Shown here piece by piece: positions 1-6,961 of a DNA stretch of 17,414 nucleotides. The stretch is from Thermotogota bacterium. GTDB taxonomy: Bacteria; Bipolaricaulota; Bipolaricaulia; UBA7950; UBA9294. Each line of letters begins with the position of its first letter. Positions within the stretch are counted from its first letter, which is position 1. The DNA lies in NCBI GenBank assembly GCA_039679545.1, contig JBDKUT010000091.1:1-17414 (forward strand). Direction: 5' to 3'. The notes beneath the pieces are model-generated. The model worked only from the letters and a program-made list of their open reading frames with translations. It was not told the origin of the DNA and searched no databases. The position numbers and the translations under genes were made by a program.

Positions 1-3
1 TAG

Positions 4-26
4 CGAGTTTGGCTCGGCCAAACTCG
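4..26. repeat. Perfect 10-bp inverted repeat (CGAGTTTGGC-tcg-GCCAAACTCG)
   Basis: Bases 4-13 are the exact reverse complement of 17-26. It shares a GAGTT...AACTC core with the other palindromes in 39-434. Confidence 0.6.
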
Positions 27-38
27 TTCTCCTGCATT

Positions 39-66
39 GCTCGGGAGTTCGCTACGCGAACTCCTG
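39..66 (-). repeat. Palindromic repeat copy just 3' of tRNA-Ser(GCT); possible terminator or processing hairpin
   Basis: The minus strand reads CAGGAGTTCGC-gta-GCGAACTCCCGAGC, the same CAGGAGTTC...GAACTCCYGAGC motif as the copies at 331-433 but in opposite orientation. It is followed by TTTT on the + strand (67-70). Confidence 0.6.
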
Positions 67-77
67 TTTTCTGCGGG

Positions 78-166
78 CGGAGAGGGCGGGATTCGAACCC
101 GCGGAGGAGCGTGAACCCCTCGACGGTTTAGCAAACCGTTGTCTTGGACCGCTTGACTACCTCTCC
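78..166 (-). tRNA. tRNA-Ser(GCT); CCA not encoded
   Basis: Minus strand: acceptor GGAGAGG/CCTCTCC, anticodon arm ACGGT-TTGCTAA-ACCGT, long variable arm, T arm GCGGG-TTCGAAT-CCCGC, discriminator G, followed by CCC rather than CCA. Confidence 0.96.
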
Positions 167-175
167 AACGCGGCG

Positions 176-204
176 ATTCTACTGCCTCGCGGAAACGCGG
201 GCAA
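176..204 (-). promoter_or_regulatory. Sigma70-type promoter for tRNA-Ser(GCT)
   Basis: Minus strand TTGCCC (204-199), 17-nt spacer, TAGAAT (181-176), 9 nt upstream of the tRNA 5' end. Confidence 0.6.
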
Positions 205-223
205 ACCTGCCGCTTGGTCGCAG

Positions 224-452
224 CCAGGAGTCCCGCTCCCAAGCCGGGGAAGTGGTCGTCCGCCGCCGACGTCTGTGAGCTCTGTGACTCGAGCGGGGAC
301 TCCCGAGCGACTCGTCGCCGTCGGTCTCGCCCAGGAGTTCCACGAAAGACGACGGAACTCCTGAGCGACTCGCCGCTGGCGGTCCCGGCCAGGAGTTCTA
401 CGAAAAGGCGACGGAACTCCCGAGCGACTCGCCGTAGGACTGCGAGTCGCCC
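224..452. repeat. Cluster of degenerate ~58-nt tandem palindromic (REP-like) repeats between the two tRNA genes
   Basis: GAGCGACTCG recurs at 305, 363 and 422 (period 58/59). CCAGGAGTTCY...GGAACTCCYG hairpins lie at 331-363 and 389-422, a long-loop variant at 224-238/291-305, and a terminal hairpin GAGCGACTCGC/GCGAGTCGCCC at 422-452. Confidence 0.8.
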
Positions 453-453
453 C

Positions 454-541
454 TGGCGGAGGGGGCGGGATTCGAACCCGCGAGACCCGAAGGCCTGCCG
501 GTTTTCAAGACCGGTGGCTTCGACCGCTCACCCACCCCTCC
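454..541 (-). tRNA. tRNA-Ser(TGA)
   Basis: Minus strand: acceptor GGAGGGG/CCCCTCC, anticodon arm CCGGT-CTTGAAA-ACCGG, long variable arm, T arm GCGGG-TTCGAAT-CCCGC, discriminator G, encoded CCA (456-454). Confidence 0.97.
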
Positions 542-548
542 GGAGCTG

Positions 549-554
549 ATTATA
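549..554 (-). promoter_or_regulatory. Perfect -10 box TATAAT for tRNA-Ser(TGA), overlapping the mnmA stop codon
   Basis: Minus strand ...CTC-TATAAT-CAGCTCC-GGAGGGG. TATAAT contains the mnmA TAA (552-550) and lies 7 nt before the tRNA. No good -35 seen. Confidence 0.5.
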
Positions 555-1632
555 GAGGGACCCGCTCCTGGTCGGCACGTCGTGAACGAATGGTTCCGCC
601 GCCGAGGAGGCGGTCGCCTTCGTAGAGGACGGCGAGCTGTCCCGGGGTCACGGCCCGCTGAGGAGGAGCAAAATCGAGGGCAAAGGCGTCGGACCCTCGC
701 GGGGAGAACGTGGCGTCGAACGTGGGTGACCGGTACCGGATCTTCGCCTCGATCTTGGCGTCAGGAGACGGCGGATCACCGAGGTAGTTCGCCTGGTCGG
801 CGTCGAGAGACGAGGCGTACAGGTCCTCCTCCGGTCCCACGATGAGCGCGTTGCGTCGGACGTCGAGGTCGAGCACGAAGAGCGGCCGGTTGGAGGGGAT
901 CCCGAGTCCTCGTCTCTGCCCGACCGTGTAGTGAATCAAGCCGTCGTGCCGTCCGAGGACACGGCCCTCGCCATCGATGACGTCACCAGGGCGGAAGTCC
1001 TCGAGGTCGAAGAGGTATGACGTAGAGCCGTCGACGGCGAAGCACAGGTCTTGGCTCTCCGGCCGCTCGGCGGCCGACAGGCGTTCGCGGCGCGCGATCG
1101 TGAAGACGTCCGACTTGTCGAACTCCCCGACGGGGAAGAGAAGGTGGGAGAGCTTCTCCTGGGTCAATCCATAGAGGAAGTACGTCTGGTCTTTGCGAGG
1201 GTCGTGGCCTCGGTAGAGCGCGAAGCGGCCGTCGGGCTCGCGCCGGAGGCGAACGTGGTGTCCGGTGGCGACGTAGTCGAATCCCTTCTCTCGGGCGTAG
1301 CCGAGAGCCGCCTCGAAACGGAAGCTGCGATTGCAGCGGCCGCACGGATTCGGCGTCTCGCCTCGGCGGTGGCCCTCGACGTACTCCGCAAGAACGACCC
1401 GTTCGAACGCGTCGCTCCAGTCGACGACCTCGTGGGGAATGCCGAGGTCGCGGGCCGCCTGGGCGGCGGCGTCGAGCGAGCAACAGGGGGACATCCTCTC
1501 CCCTTGCGGGGCACGGGAGAACGACCAGAGCCAGAACGTCAGTCCAGCGACCTCGTAGCCTTGTTGCTTCAGAAGATGCGCGGTGACGGCGCTGTCGACT
1601 CCGCCGCTGAGGCACACCACGACGGACTTCAT
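550..1632 (-). CDS. mnmA: tRNA 2-thiouridine(34) synthase MnmA
   Basis: PP-loop SGGVDS, TPNPCGRCN, ATGH, KDQTYFL, ESQDLCF, YTVGQRRGLG, KIRYR and AVTPGQ motifs; 360 aa; AGGA upstream of the ATG. Confidence 0.97.
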   Translation of the reverse strand: MKSVVVCLSGGVDSAVTAHLLKQQGYEVAGLTFWLWSFSRAPQGERMSPCCSLDAAAQAARDLGIPHEVVDWSDAFERVVLAEYVEGHRRGETPNPCGRCNRSFRFEAALGYAREKGFDYVATGHHVRLRREPDGRFALYRGHDPRKDQTYFLYGLTQEKLSHLLFPVGEFDKSDVFTIARRERLSAAERPESQDLCFAVDGSTSYLFDLEDFRPGDVIDGEGRVLGRHDGLIHYTVGQRRGLGIPSNRPLFVLDLDVRRNALIVGPEEDLYASSLDADQANYLGDPPSPDAKIEAKIRYRSPTFDATFSPRGSDAFALDFAPPQRAVTPGQLAVLYEGDRLLGGGTIRSRRADQERVPL

Positions 1633-1638
1633 CGCGTC

Positions 1639-1995
1639 CTACTCGTTGTCCCCCTGCGTGGGCACGACGCAGATGAACTCCAGCGGCGTGTCGCCCGCGT
1701 TGACGAACTGGTGGTCGTCCATCGGGGGGACGTAGACGAAGTCGCCCGGCCCCACGGGGCGGCTTCCCCCAGAGAAACGCACGGTGCCGCGACCCGCGAG
1801 GATGTACACCTCGTGCTCCCACGCATGCGAGTGATTCGGGCTGTACCCGCCTTTGGCGACCGTGAAGTGCCGCATGACGAAGTTGGGGGCGCCGGCCGCG
1901 GATCCGATGAGGACGCGTTTCTCCGCGCCGCGCACCGTGGCGCCGTCATCGAAGAGGCGCGGCTTGACGTGGTTCTTGTTGTCGATCAAGACCAT
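1639..1995 (-). CDS. Cupin domain protein (cupin_2, TM1459-like metal-binding cupin)
   Basis: KRVLIG..APNFVMRHF, HSHAWEHEVY and H-QF motifs, C-terminal EFICVVP; strong RBS AAAGGAG; 118 aa. Confidence 0.9.
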   Translation of the reverse strand: MVLIDNKNHVKPRLFDDGATVRGAEKRVLIGSAAGAPNFVMRHFTVAKGGYSPNHSHAWEHEVYILAGRGTVRFSGGSRPVGPGDFVYVPPMDDHQFVNAGDTPLEFICVVPTQGDNE

Positions 1996-2007
1996 TTCGG
2001 GCTCCTT

Positions 2008-3252
2008 TCACTGGAGGGGTGAAACGAAGAGTGGCACGTACAACTCGTCTTCCGTCAACCCGCCGTGCATGCCGCGCAAGAAGGGGGAGTCCGGGTACGG
2101 GTGGTAGAGGCCGGCCTTTCCCGTGGAGACGACCAGCACGTCTCCAATTCTCGGCAGGATCTCCGCGTGAGGCACGCCGGGCCCCAGAAGTCCCGCATCG
2201 ACGGCGGCGCGGGCGTCGAGGGCGACCAGGCCGTCGTCCAGCGCGGCGGGAAGCGCCCAGGGGGCTCCGCTTCCCTGGCGGAAGAACAAGTAGCTGGCCC
2301 TCGGCTCGCCGACCGGCCGAAGAAGGAGGCGTTCTTGAAGCCCCGGTAGGCTGGACAGGGGCCGGTAGTCCTCGGGTTCCATGGTCACGAATCCGTGGTC
2401 GGAAGATAGGATCAAGAGCGTACGGTCCACTCGTCCGAGCAGTTCGCACCGCAGGGCGTCGTCGAACGACTGGAGTTCCGCTTCGTAGGCATCGGAGTCG
2501 GGTCCGCGCGTGTGAGCGACGGAGTCGAGTTCCGGCCAGTACAGGGTGACCAGCGTGCGCCGCGCCGCGCGTTCCAAGATGTGGCGGGCGAACGTCAGCA
2601 TGTCGGCGCGGCTCACGACGGAGTGGATGTGGGTCGCGCCGCGGTACAGGATGCGGGACAACCCGCTCCCCGCGATGTAGCGCGGGAGGAGCGTGTGGGT
2701 TGTGACGCCCTCGCCTCCCAGGCACTCGTACACCGTGGGGCACGGGAGGAGCGCGTCCACATTCAGCCCCGCCGCTGCGGCCGGAGCGTCGTCTCCGCCG
2801 ACGACGGACAGCTGGATCATGTTGGTGACGGCCGATGTTTCCCGCAGGTAGAGGCGGTATCCGATGAGTCCGTGCTGCACGGGCGCGAGTCCCGTGCTGT
2901 ACGTAGACAGTGCCGCGACGGTGGTCGTGGGGAAGACGGTCGTAATTGGTCGCAGAGAGCCGGTCTTCGCGATTCGGGCGAGGGCGGAATCACGGGCGCC
3001 GTCGAGAAAACGGGCCGTGCGGTGGAATCCCAACCCGTCGACGATCACGAGGAGAACCCGGTCGAACGCCTCCGGCGCAACGGTCTCGACAAGGGCACCG
3101 GGCGCGGTCGACAGACCGAGCGCCGAGCGCGCAAGATCGGGGACCGCGGTGATCGACAGGCCGGTGTAGTCGGGGAATCGTACCGCGTTGGGGATGCCGG
3201 TGAGAGTGGGGCGAGACCGAAGCCGGTCCAAATCGATTCCTTTGACGCTCAT
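2008..3252 (-). CDS. Alkaline phosphatase superfamily protein (nucleotide pyrophosphatase/phosphodiesterase-like)
   Basis: VIVDGLG, VFPTTTVAALSTYSTG (Thr nucleophile region), ELDSVAH, SSDHG and GMHGGL motifs. Start placed at ATG 3252 (MSVKGID), 9 nt after TATAAT; the ORF track starts at 3312. Confidence 0.85.
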   Translation of the reverse strand: MSVKGIDLDRLRSRPTLTGIPNAVRFPDYTGLSITAVPDLARSALGLSTAPGALVETVAPEAFDRVLLVIVDGLGFHRTARFLDGARDSALARIAKTGSLRPITTVFPTTTVAALSTYSTGLAPVQHGLIGYRLYLRETSAVTNMIQLSVVGGDDAPAAAAGLNVDALLPCPTVYECLGGEGVTTHTLLPRYIAGSGLSRILYRGATHIHSVVSRADMLTFARHILERAARRTLVTLYWPELDSVAHTRGPDSDAYEAELQSFDDALRCELLGRVDRTLLILSSDHGFVTMEPEDYRPLSSLPGLQERLLLRPVGEPRASYLFFRQGSGAPWALPAALDDGLVALDARAAVDAGLLGPGVPHAEILPRIGDVLVVSTGKAGLYHPYPDSPFLRGMHGGLTEDELYVPLFVSPLQ

Positions 3253-3261
3253 GACAGACGG

Positions 3262-3267
3262 ATTATA
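3262..3267 (-). promoter_or_regulatory. -10 box TATAAT of the phosphodiesterase-cupin-mnmA operon (near-leaderless)
   Basis: Minus strand TCG-TATAAT-CCGTCTGTC-ATG; no Shine-Dalgarno before the ATG. Confidence 0.6.
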
Positions 3268-3363
3268 CGAGGTCCCGCTGGATGGGCACGCTGCGTCCGC
3301 GTGTGGGGACATAGCGCGCCCGTGCCCGGAGGCGTGAAACTCGTGGGCGGGAGGCCGCTCGGG

Positions 3364-3369
3364 TATGCT
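3364..3369 (+). promoter_or_regulatory. -10 box TATGCT of the leaderless flavoprotein gene
   Basis: GGG-TATGCT-CCTGGC-GTG: TANNNT 6 nt before the start codon, no SD. Confidence 0.5.
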
Positions 3370-3375
3370 CCTGGC

Positions 3376-4629
3376 GTGACGAAGAAGACCGGGTATGACG
3401 TCGTCGTAGTCGGGGGTGGGCCGTCGGGGATGACGGCCGCGTACTTCGCGGCGAAGGCCGGCGCGGACGTTCTCCTTGTTGACTCCCGGCCGTCTCCGGG
3501 GGAGAAGATCCTTCTCTCGGGCGGCGGGCGGTGCAACGTGCTCCCTCTCTCCGTCGAGCCGGAGGCGTACGTCACGGACTCATCCCCCCATTCGCTTCGG
3601 AAGATCCTCCTGTCCTGGCCGTTGGAGGAGGTGCGGGGGTTCCTTGAGGGACCGATCGGACTGCGCTTGATCGAGCAGAAGAGGACGGGGAAGGTTTTCC
3701 CGGCGGGAAGCGGAGGCGGCGCGGACGTGCGGGACGCTTTCATCAAGGCGATCCGACGGACGGGGGTCAAGGTTCGCGGCAAGTGTCGCGTCGTCGATGT
3801 GCTGCCCGACGAACGGCGGCGCGTCGTCGTGGAGTCAGGACCAGGGATCGTTGCGTCTCACGTCGTCGTAGCCACCGGCGGGATGTCGTACCCGCAGACG
3901 GGGAGCACCGGGTTTGGGTTCGAAATCGCACAGCGTCTCGGCCACGGCCTCATTCCACCGTACCCGGCGCTTGTGCCGCTCTACGGCGGAACGCCGGCTC
4001 ACCACGGCCTGGCGGGGCTGTCCCTGCCCGTGCGGCTTTTGACAGGAGACGGCAAGCAACGGACGTCGTCGGCCGGGGACTTCCTGTTCACCCACCGCGG
4101 CTACAGCGGTCCGGTGGTGCTGAACGCGGCCCATGCCATCGCACGTTGGGGACGCGCCAACGCGGCGCCAGGGGCAGCAGCCAGGCCGGCAAGGCCGGCG
4201 TTGCGCGTCTCGTGGCTGGATCGCAGCGCTTCGGACTGGGAGAGTATCCTCGTCCCGGGTCCAGGAACGGTTCGTACGGCGTTGAGTGAAGCCCTTCCCG
4301 GGCGCCTGGGGGACGTCCTCCTCGATGAACTCGACCTGCGCGACGCCGAGAAATCGACGCTCCGCCGAGACGACCGAGCACGGATTCTCAAGGCGCTTTC
4401 GAACTACGAACTTCCTATCCGGCGGGCGGGTGGCTTCGGCGAGGCCGAGGTCACGGGGGGCGGAGTTCCGCTTGGCGAGGTGTTCCCGAGCACGCTTGGG
4501 AGTCGTCTCGTTCCCACGGTTTTCTTCTCGGGTGAGGTGCTCGACGCGTTCGGACCAATTGGCGGACACAACTTCCTGTGGGCATTCGTGACGGGTCGAC
4601 TTGCGGGATCGGGCGCGGCATCGGGATAG
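3376..4629 (+). CDS. HI0933/YhiN (BaiN-like) family NAD(P)/FAD-dependent oxidoreductase
   Basis: YDVVVVGGGPSGM, GEKILLSGGGRCN, ATGGMSYPQTGSTG, LFTHRGYSGP, VTGGGV and FFSGEVLD..GPIGGHN motifs. The N-terminal 288 codons of the tracked 705-aa ORF are the antisense shadow of the phosphodiesterase plus the intergenic gap; start placed at GTG 3376. Confidence 0.92.
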   Translation: MTKKTGYDVVVVGGGPSGMTAAYFAAKAGADVLLVDSRPSPGEKILLSGGGRCNVLPLSVEPEAYVTDSSPHSLRKILLSWPLEEVRGFLEGPIGLRLIEQKRTGKVFPAGSGGGADVRDAFIKAIRRTGVKVRGKCRVVDVLPDERRRVVVESGPGIVASHVVVATGGMSYPQTGSTGFGFEIAQRLGHGLIPPYPALVPLYGGTPAHHGLAGLSLPVRLLTGDGKQRTSSAGDFLFTHRGYSGPVVLNAAHAIARWGRANAAPGAAARPARPALRVSWLDRSASDWESILVPGPGTVRTALSEALPGRLGDVLLDELDLRDAEKSTLRRDDRARILKALSNYELPIRRAGGFGEAEVTGGGVPLGEVFPSTLGSRLVPTVFFSGEVLDAFGPIGGHNFLWAFVTGRLAGSGAASG

Positions 4630-4646
4630 ACGTCGCTCGTATAAGT

Positions 4647-4910
4647 GGAACGGATGTCCCTTCCGGATCAGCCATGTGGGCTCGGTCGGCGTGCCCTGAC
4701 CTGCGAAGGTAGTCGTTAGGTGATGTGGATTACGCTTATCGGAGTCGGCTCCGGGTGGTGCCCGACGCGGGAATCCGCATCGCCCACGCAGCACCTCCTT
4801 GCAGGCGCGGCGGAAGCTCGACGCGTGATGAGTGGGGTTCCGTGAACGCGACTCGTCACCACGAGGACCGGGTTGACAGGGGGTCGACTTCCGCCGCGCG
4901 TCCGTTTTCT
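4647..4910 (+). ncRNA. Candidate structured RNA of unknown family (intergenic or leader)
   Basis: Stems 4719-4731/4772-4784 (13 bp, 2 G-U), 4700-4709/4797-4805, 4805-4816/4888-4899 (perfect 12 bp) extended by 4818-4822/4883-4887, and 4825-4833/4851-4859. G-U pairs favour the + strand. Not matched to a known family. Confidence 0.3.
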
Positions 4911-5040
4911 GGAGTGGTCTTGCTTGCGATTCCGGCGCGAGTTCTGGAGAATGGGACGTTGGCCTCCGGCGTGCCGTGCGCCCGGGGCATCTCAGAGACG
5001 GGAGCTGCGAATCGATCGGGATCCTGTGCCCGACCTGGTG

Positions 5041-6942
5041 ATGGCGGATCGGATGATGGGCGGGGCTGAGGAAAGCGTCGAACGGTTGCGAGCAGCGTAC
5101 CCTGAGAAGTTCGTCGCGCCGGAGCGGGCGTTTGCGCACATCCACCGTGGCGATCGGATCTTCATCGGAACGGGGTGTGGCCAACCCCAGTACCTGCTGG
5201 ACGCGCTCGTCGAGTACACGGAGACGAATCCGAAGGCGTTCTTCGACGCCGAAGTCATCCACATTTGGACCCTGGGACTTGTCCCCTACCTGCGCGAGGA
5301 GGTCAAGCGCAACTTCCGCCTCGACTCCTTCTTCATCAGCGCCCCGACACGGGATGCCGTGAATCAGGGCGCCGCGGACTACACGGCGATCTCCCTCTCA
5401 CGCGTGCCGGAGCTCTTTTACCGGGGAGTCGTCCCGATCGACGTAGCGCTGGTCCAGACGTCACTCCCCGACGAGCACGGTTACGTGAGTCTTGGGATAA
5501 GCGTCGACATCGTCCGCGCGGCCGTGGACTGCGCCCGCGTCGTGATCTGTCAGATAAATCGGCACATGCCGCGCACCCACGGAGACAGCTTCCTTCACGT
5601 CGAGGACATCGACTGCATCCTCGTTCACGACGAGCCGCTGCTCGAATACGGAATGGGCGGCTCGGACGAGACGGCCGATCGGATCGGAAAGTACGTGGCG
5701 AGGCTTGTGGAAGATGGGGCGACGATCCAGGTCGGATACGGGAAAATCCCCGACGCGATCGTGTCCCACCTGTCGGGGAAGAAACACCTCGGGGTCCACA
5801 CCGAGCTCTTGAGCGACGGGATTGCCGGCCTGATGCGGGCGGGCATTGTCGACAACACGCACAAACCGATCGACCGCAACAAGACCGTGGCCGCCTTTTC
5901 GATGGGTTCTGCGGCGACCTACGAGTTCCTTGCCGACAACCCGGCGGTGTCGTTTCGTCCCGTTGACTACACGAACAACCCGGCGGTGATCTCGCAGATC
6001 CGCAAGATGACGGCGATCAACTCCGCGTTGCAGATCGACCTGACCGGACAGGCGACGGCCGAGTCGCTTGGAACGGAGTTCTACAGCGGGATCGGAGGAC
6101 AAGCCGACTTCATGCGGGGCGCGGTGCTTGCCCCGGACGGAAAGTCGATCCTCGTCCTCGAATCGACCGCGAAAAAAGGCGAAGTGTCGCGCATCGTTTC
6201 GGTGCTCAGCGAGGGCGCAGGCGTCACGCTGACGCGCGGCGACGTGCACTACGTGGTCACGGAGTACGGGATTGCGTATCTGCATGGGCGCAACATGCGC
6301 GAGCGAGCGATGGAGCTGATCCGCGTCGCCCATCCGAAGTTCCGCCCGTGGCTCCTGCGCGAGGCCAAGGCGCGGAAGCTGATCTACAGCGACCAGGCCT
6401 ACGTCCCGGGCAAGCGCGGCGAGTACCCGGAGCACCTCGAGACCTATCGTACGACGAAGACCGGTCAGGAGATCCTCCTGCGACCGGTGCGAATCAGCGA
6501 TGAGCCGCTGCTCAAGGACTTCTTCTACTCCTTGTCAGACCAGTCGGTGTACCAACGGTTCATCTCCTCGCGCAAAGACATGCCCCACGAGCGCCTGCAG
6601 GAGTTTGTGGTGATCGACTACACGGCGGAGATGGTGATCCTGGCCGTGATCGAAGAGGGGGAGCGGGAGGTCGTCGTCGGTGTGGGGCAGTACGGGATGG
6701 ACCCGGACACCCACACGGCCGAGGTCGCGCTCGTCGTCGGGGATGAGGTCCAGAATCGCGGCATCGGATCAGAGGTTCTCCGCTACCTGACGCTCTTGGC
6801 GAAGAGGGAAGGATTGCTGGGATTCAGCGCGGAGGTCCTGGTCGACAACCGGGCGATGATGCACTTGTTCGAACAAGCGGGGTTCTCGATTGAAAAGAAA
6901 CGGGGGGCTGGCGTGTATGAGCTCAGGATGCTGTTCGGGTGA
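5041..6942 (+). CDS. Acetyl-CoA hydrolase/CoA-transferase (family I) fused to a C-terminal Pat-type GNAT acetyltransferase
   Basis: GDRIFIGTGCGQP, PRTHGDS, GATIQVGYGKIP, GVHTELLSDG (catalytic Glu motif), GIGGQADF and YVVTEYG motifs. C-terminal LLRPVRISD...RF...IDY...AEVALVVGDEVQNRGIG...AEVLVDNRAM. Start uncertain (5038/5041/5053/5056). Confidence 0.9.
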   Translation: MADRMMGGAEESVERLRAAYPEKFVAPERAFAHIHRGDRIFIGTGCGQPQYLLDALVEYTETNPKAFFDAEVIHIWTLGLVPYLREEVKRNFRLDSFFISAPTRDAVNQGAADYTAISLSRVPELFYRGVVPIDVALVQTSLPDEHGYVSLGISVDIVRAAVDCARVVICQINRHMPRTHGDSFLHVEDIDCILVHDEPLLEYGMGGSDETADRIGKYVARLVEDGATIQVGYGKIPDAIVSHLSGKKHLGVHTELLSDGIAGLMRAGIVDNTHKPIDRNKTVAAFSMGSAATYEFLADNPAVSFRPVDYTNNPAVISQIRKMTAINSALQIDLTGQATAESLGTEFYSGIGGQADFMRGAVLAPDGKSILVLESTAKKGEVSRIVSVLSEGAGVTLTRGDVHYVVTEYGIAYLHGRNMRERAMELIRVAHPKFRPWLLREAKARKLIYSDQAYVPGKRGEYPEHLETYRTTKTGQEILLRPVRISDEPLLKDFFYSLSDQSVYQRFISSRKDMPHERLQEFVVIDYTAEMVILAVIEEGEREVVVGVGQYGMDPDTHTAEVALVVGDEVQNRGIGSEVLRYLTLLAKREGLLGFSAEVLVDNRAMMHLFEQAGFSIEKKRGAGVYELRMLFG

Positions 6943-6961
6943 GTCGGAGCGCGGTGCCAGC

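Noticed and set aside
299..434. CRISPR array
   Set aside because: Fewer than three full units, the intervening segments are short and similar to each other, the repeats are degenerate, and there are no cas genes. It fits tandem palindromic repeats.
1..453. Integrated element or att site at the tRNA 3' ends
   Set aside because: No integrase and no duplicated tRNA 3' fragment in the window; sequence left of position 1 cannot be seen.
454..541. Selenocysteine or suppressor tRNA
   Set aside because: The anticodon reads TGA on the coding strand (decodes UCA, Ser), not TCA, and the acceptor stem is a normal 7 bp.
214..549. 111-aa + strand ORF
   Set aside because: It runs through the repeats and antisense to tRNA-Ser(TGA), with Arg/Ser-rich shadow composition.
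2512..3375. N-terminal extension of the flavoprotein (705-aa ORF)
   Set aside because: It is mostly the antisense shadow of the phosphodiesterase gene. The Rossmann motif begins right after GTG 3376, which has its own -10 box.
4655..4850. SRP RNA
   Set aside because: GTGCCCTGACCTGC loosely recalls a large-SRP Alu segment and the minus strand has CCGGAAGG, but the helix-8 CAGG...GNRA...AGCA arrangement is absent on both strands.
4825..4866. Hammerhead ribozyme (GTGATGA-GTGG...CCAC-GAGG)
   Set aside because: The core should be CUGANGA...GAAA. Both halves deviate without compensation, and a competing stem covers the same bases.
4873..4878. Perfect -35 TTGACA, and TTG start of the 689-aa ORF
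   Set aside because: No -10 at 16-18 nt downstream. The 56 codons before 5041 do not resemble the family and have no RBS.
4960..4974. Sigma54 promoter (TGGC-N8-TGC)
   Set aside because: Only the minimal GG/GC spacing matches, which is expected by chance at this GC content, and there is no activator nearby.
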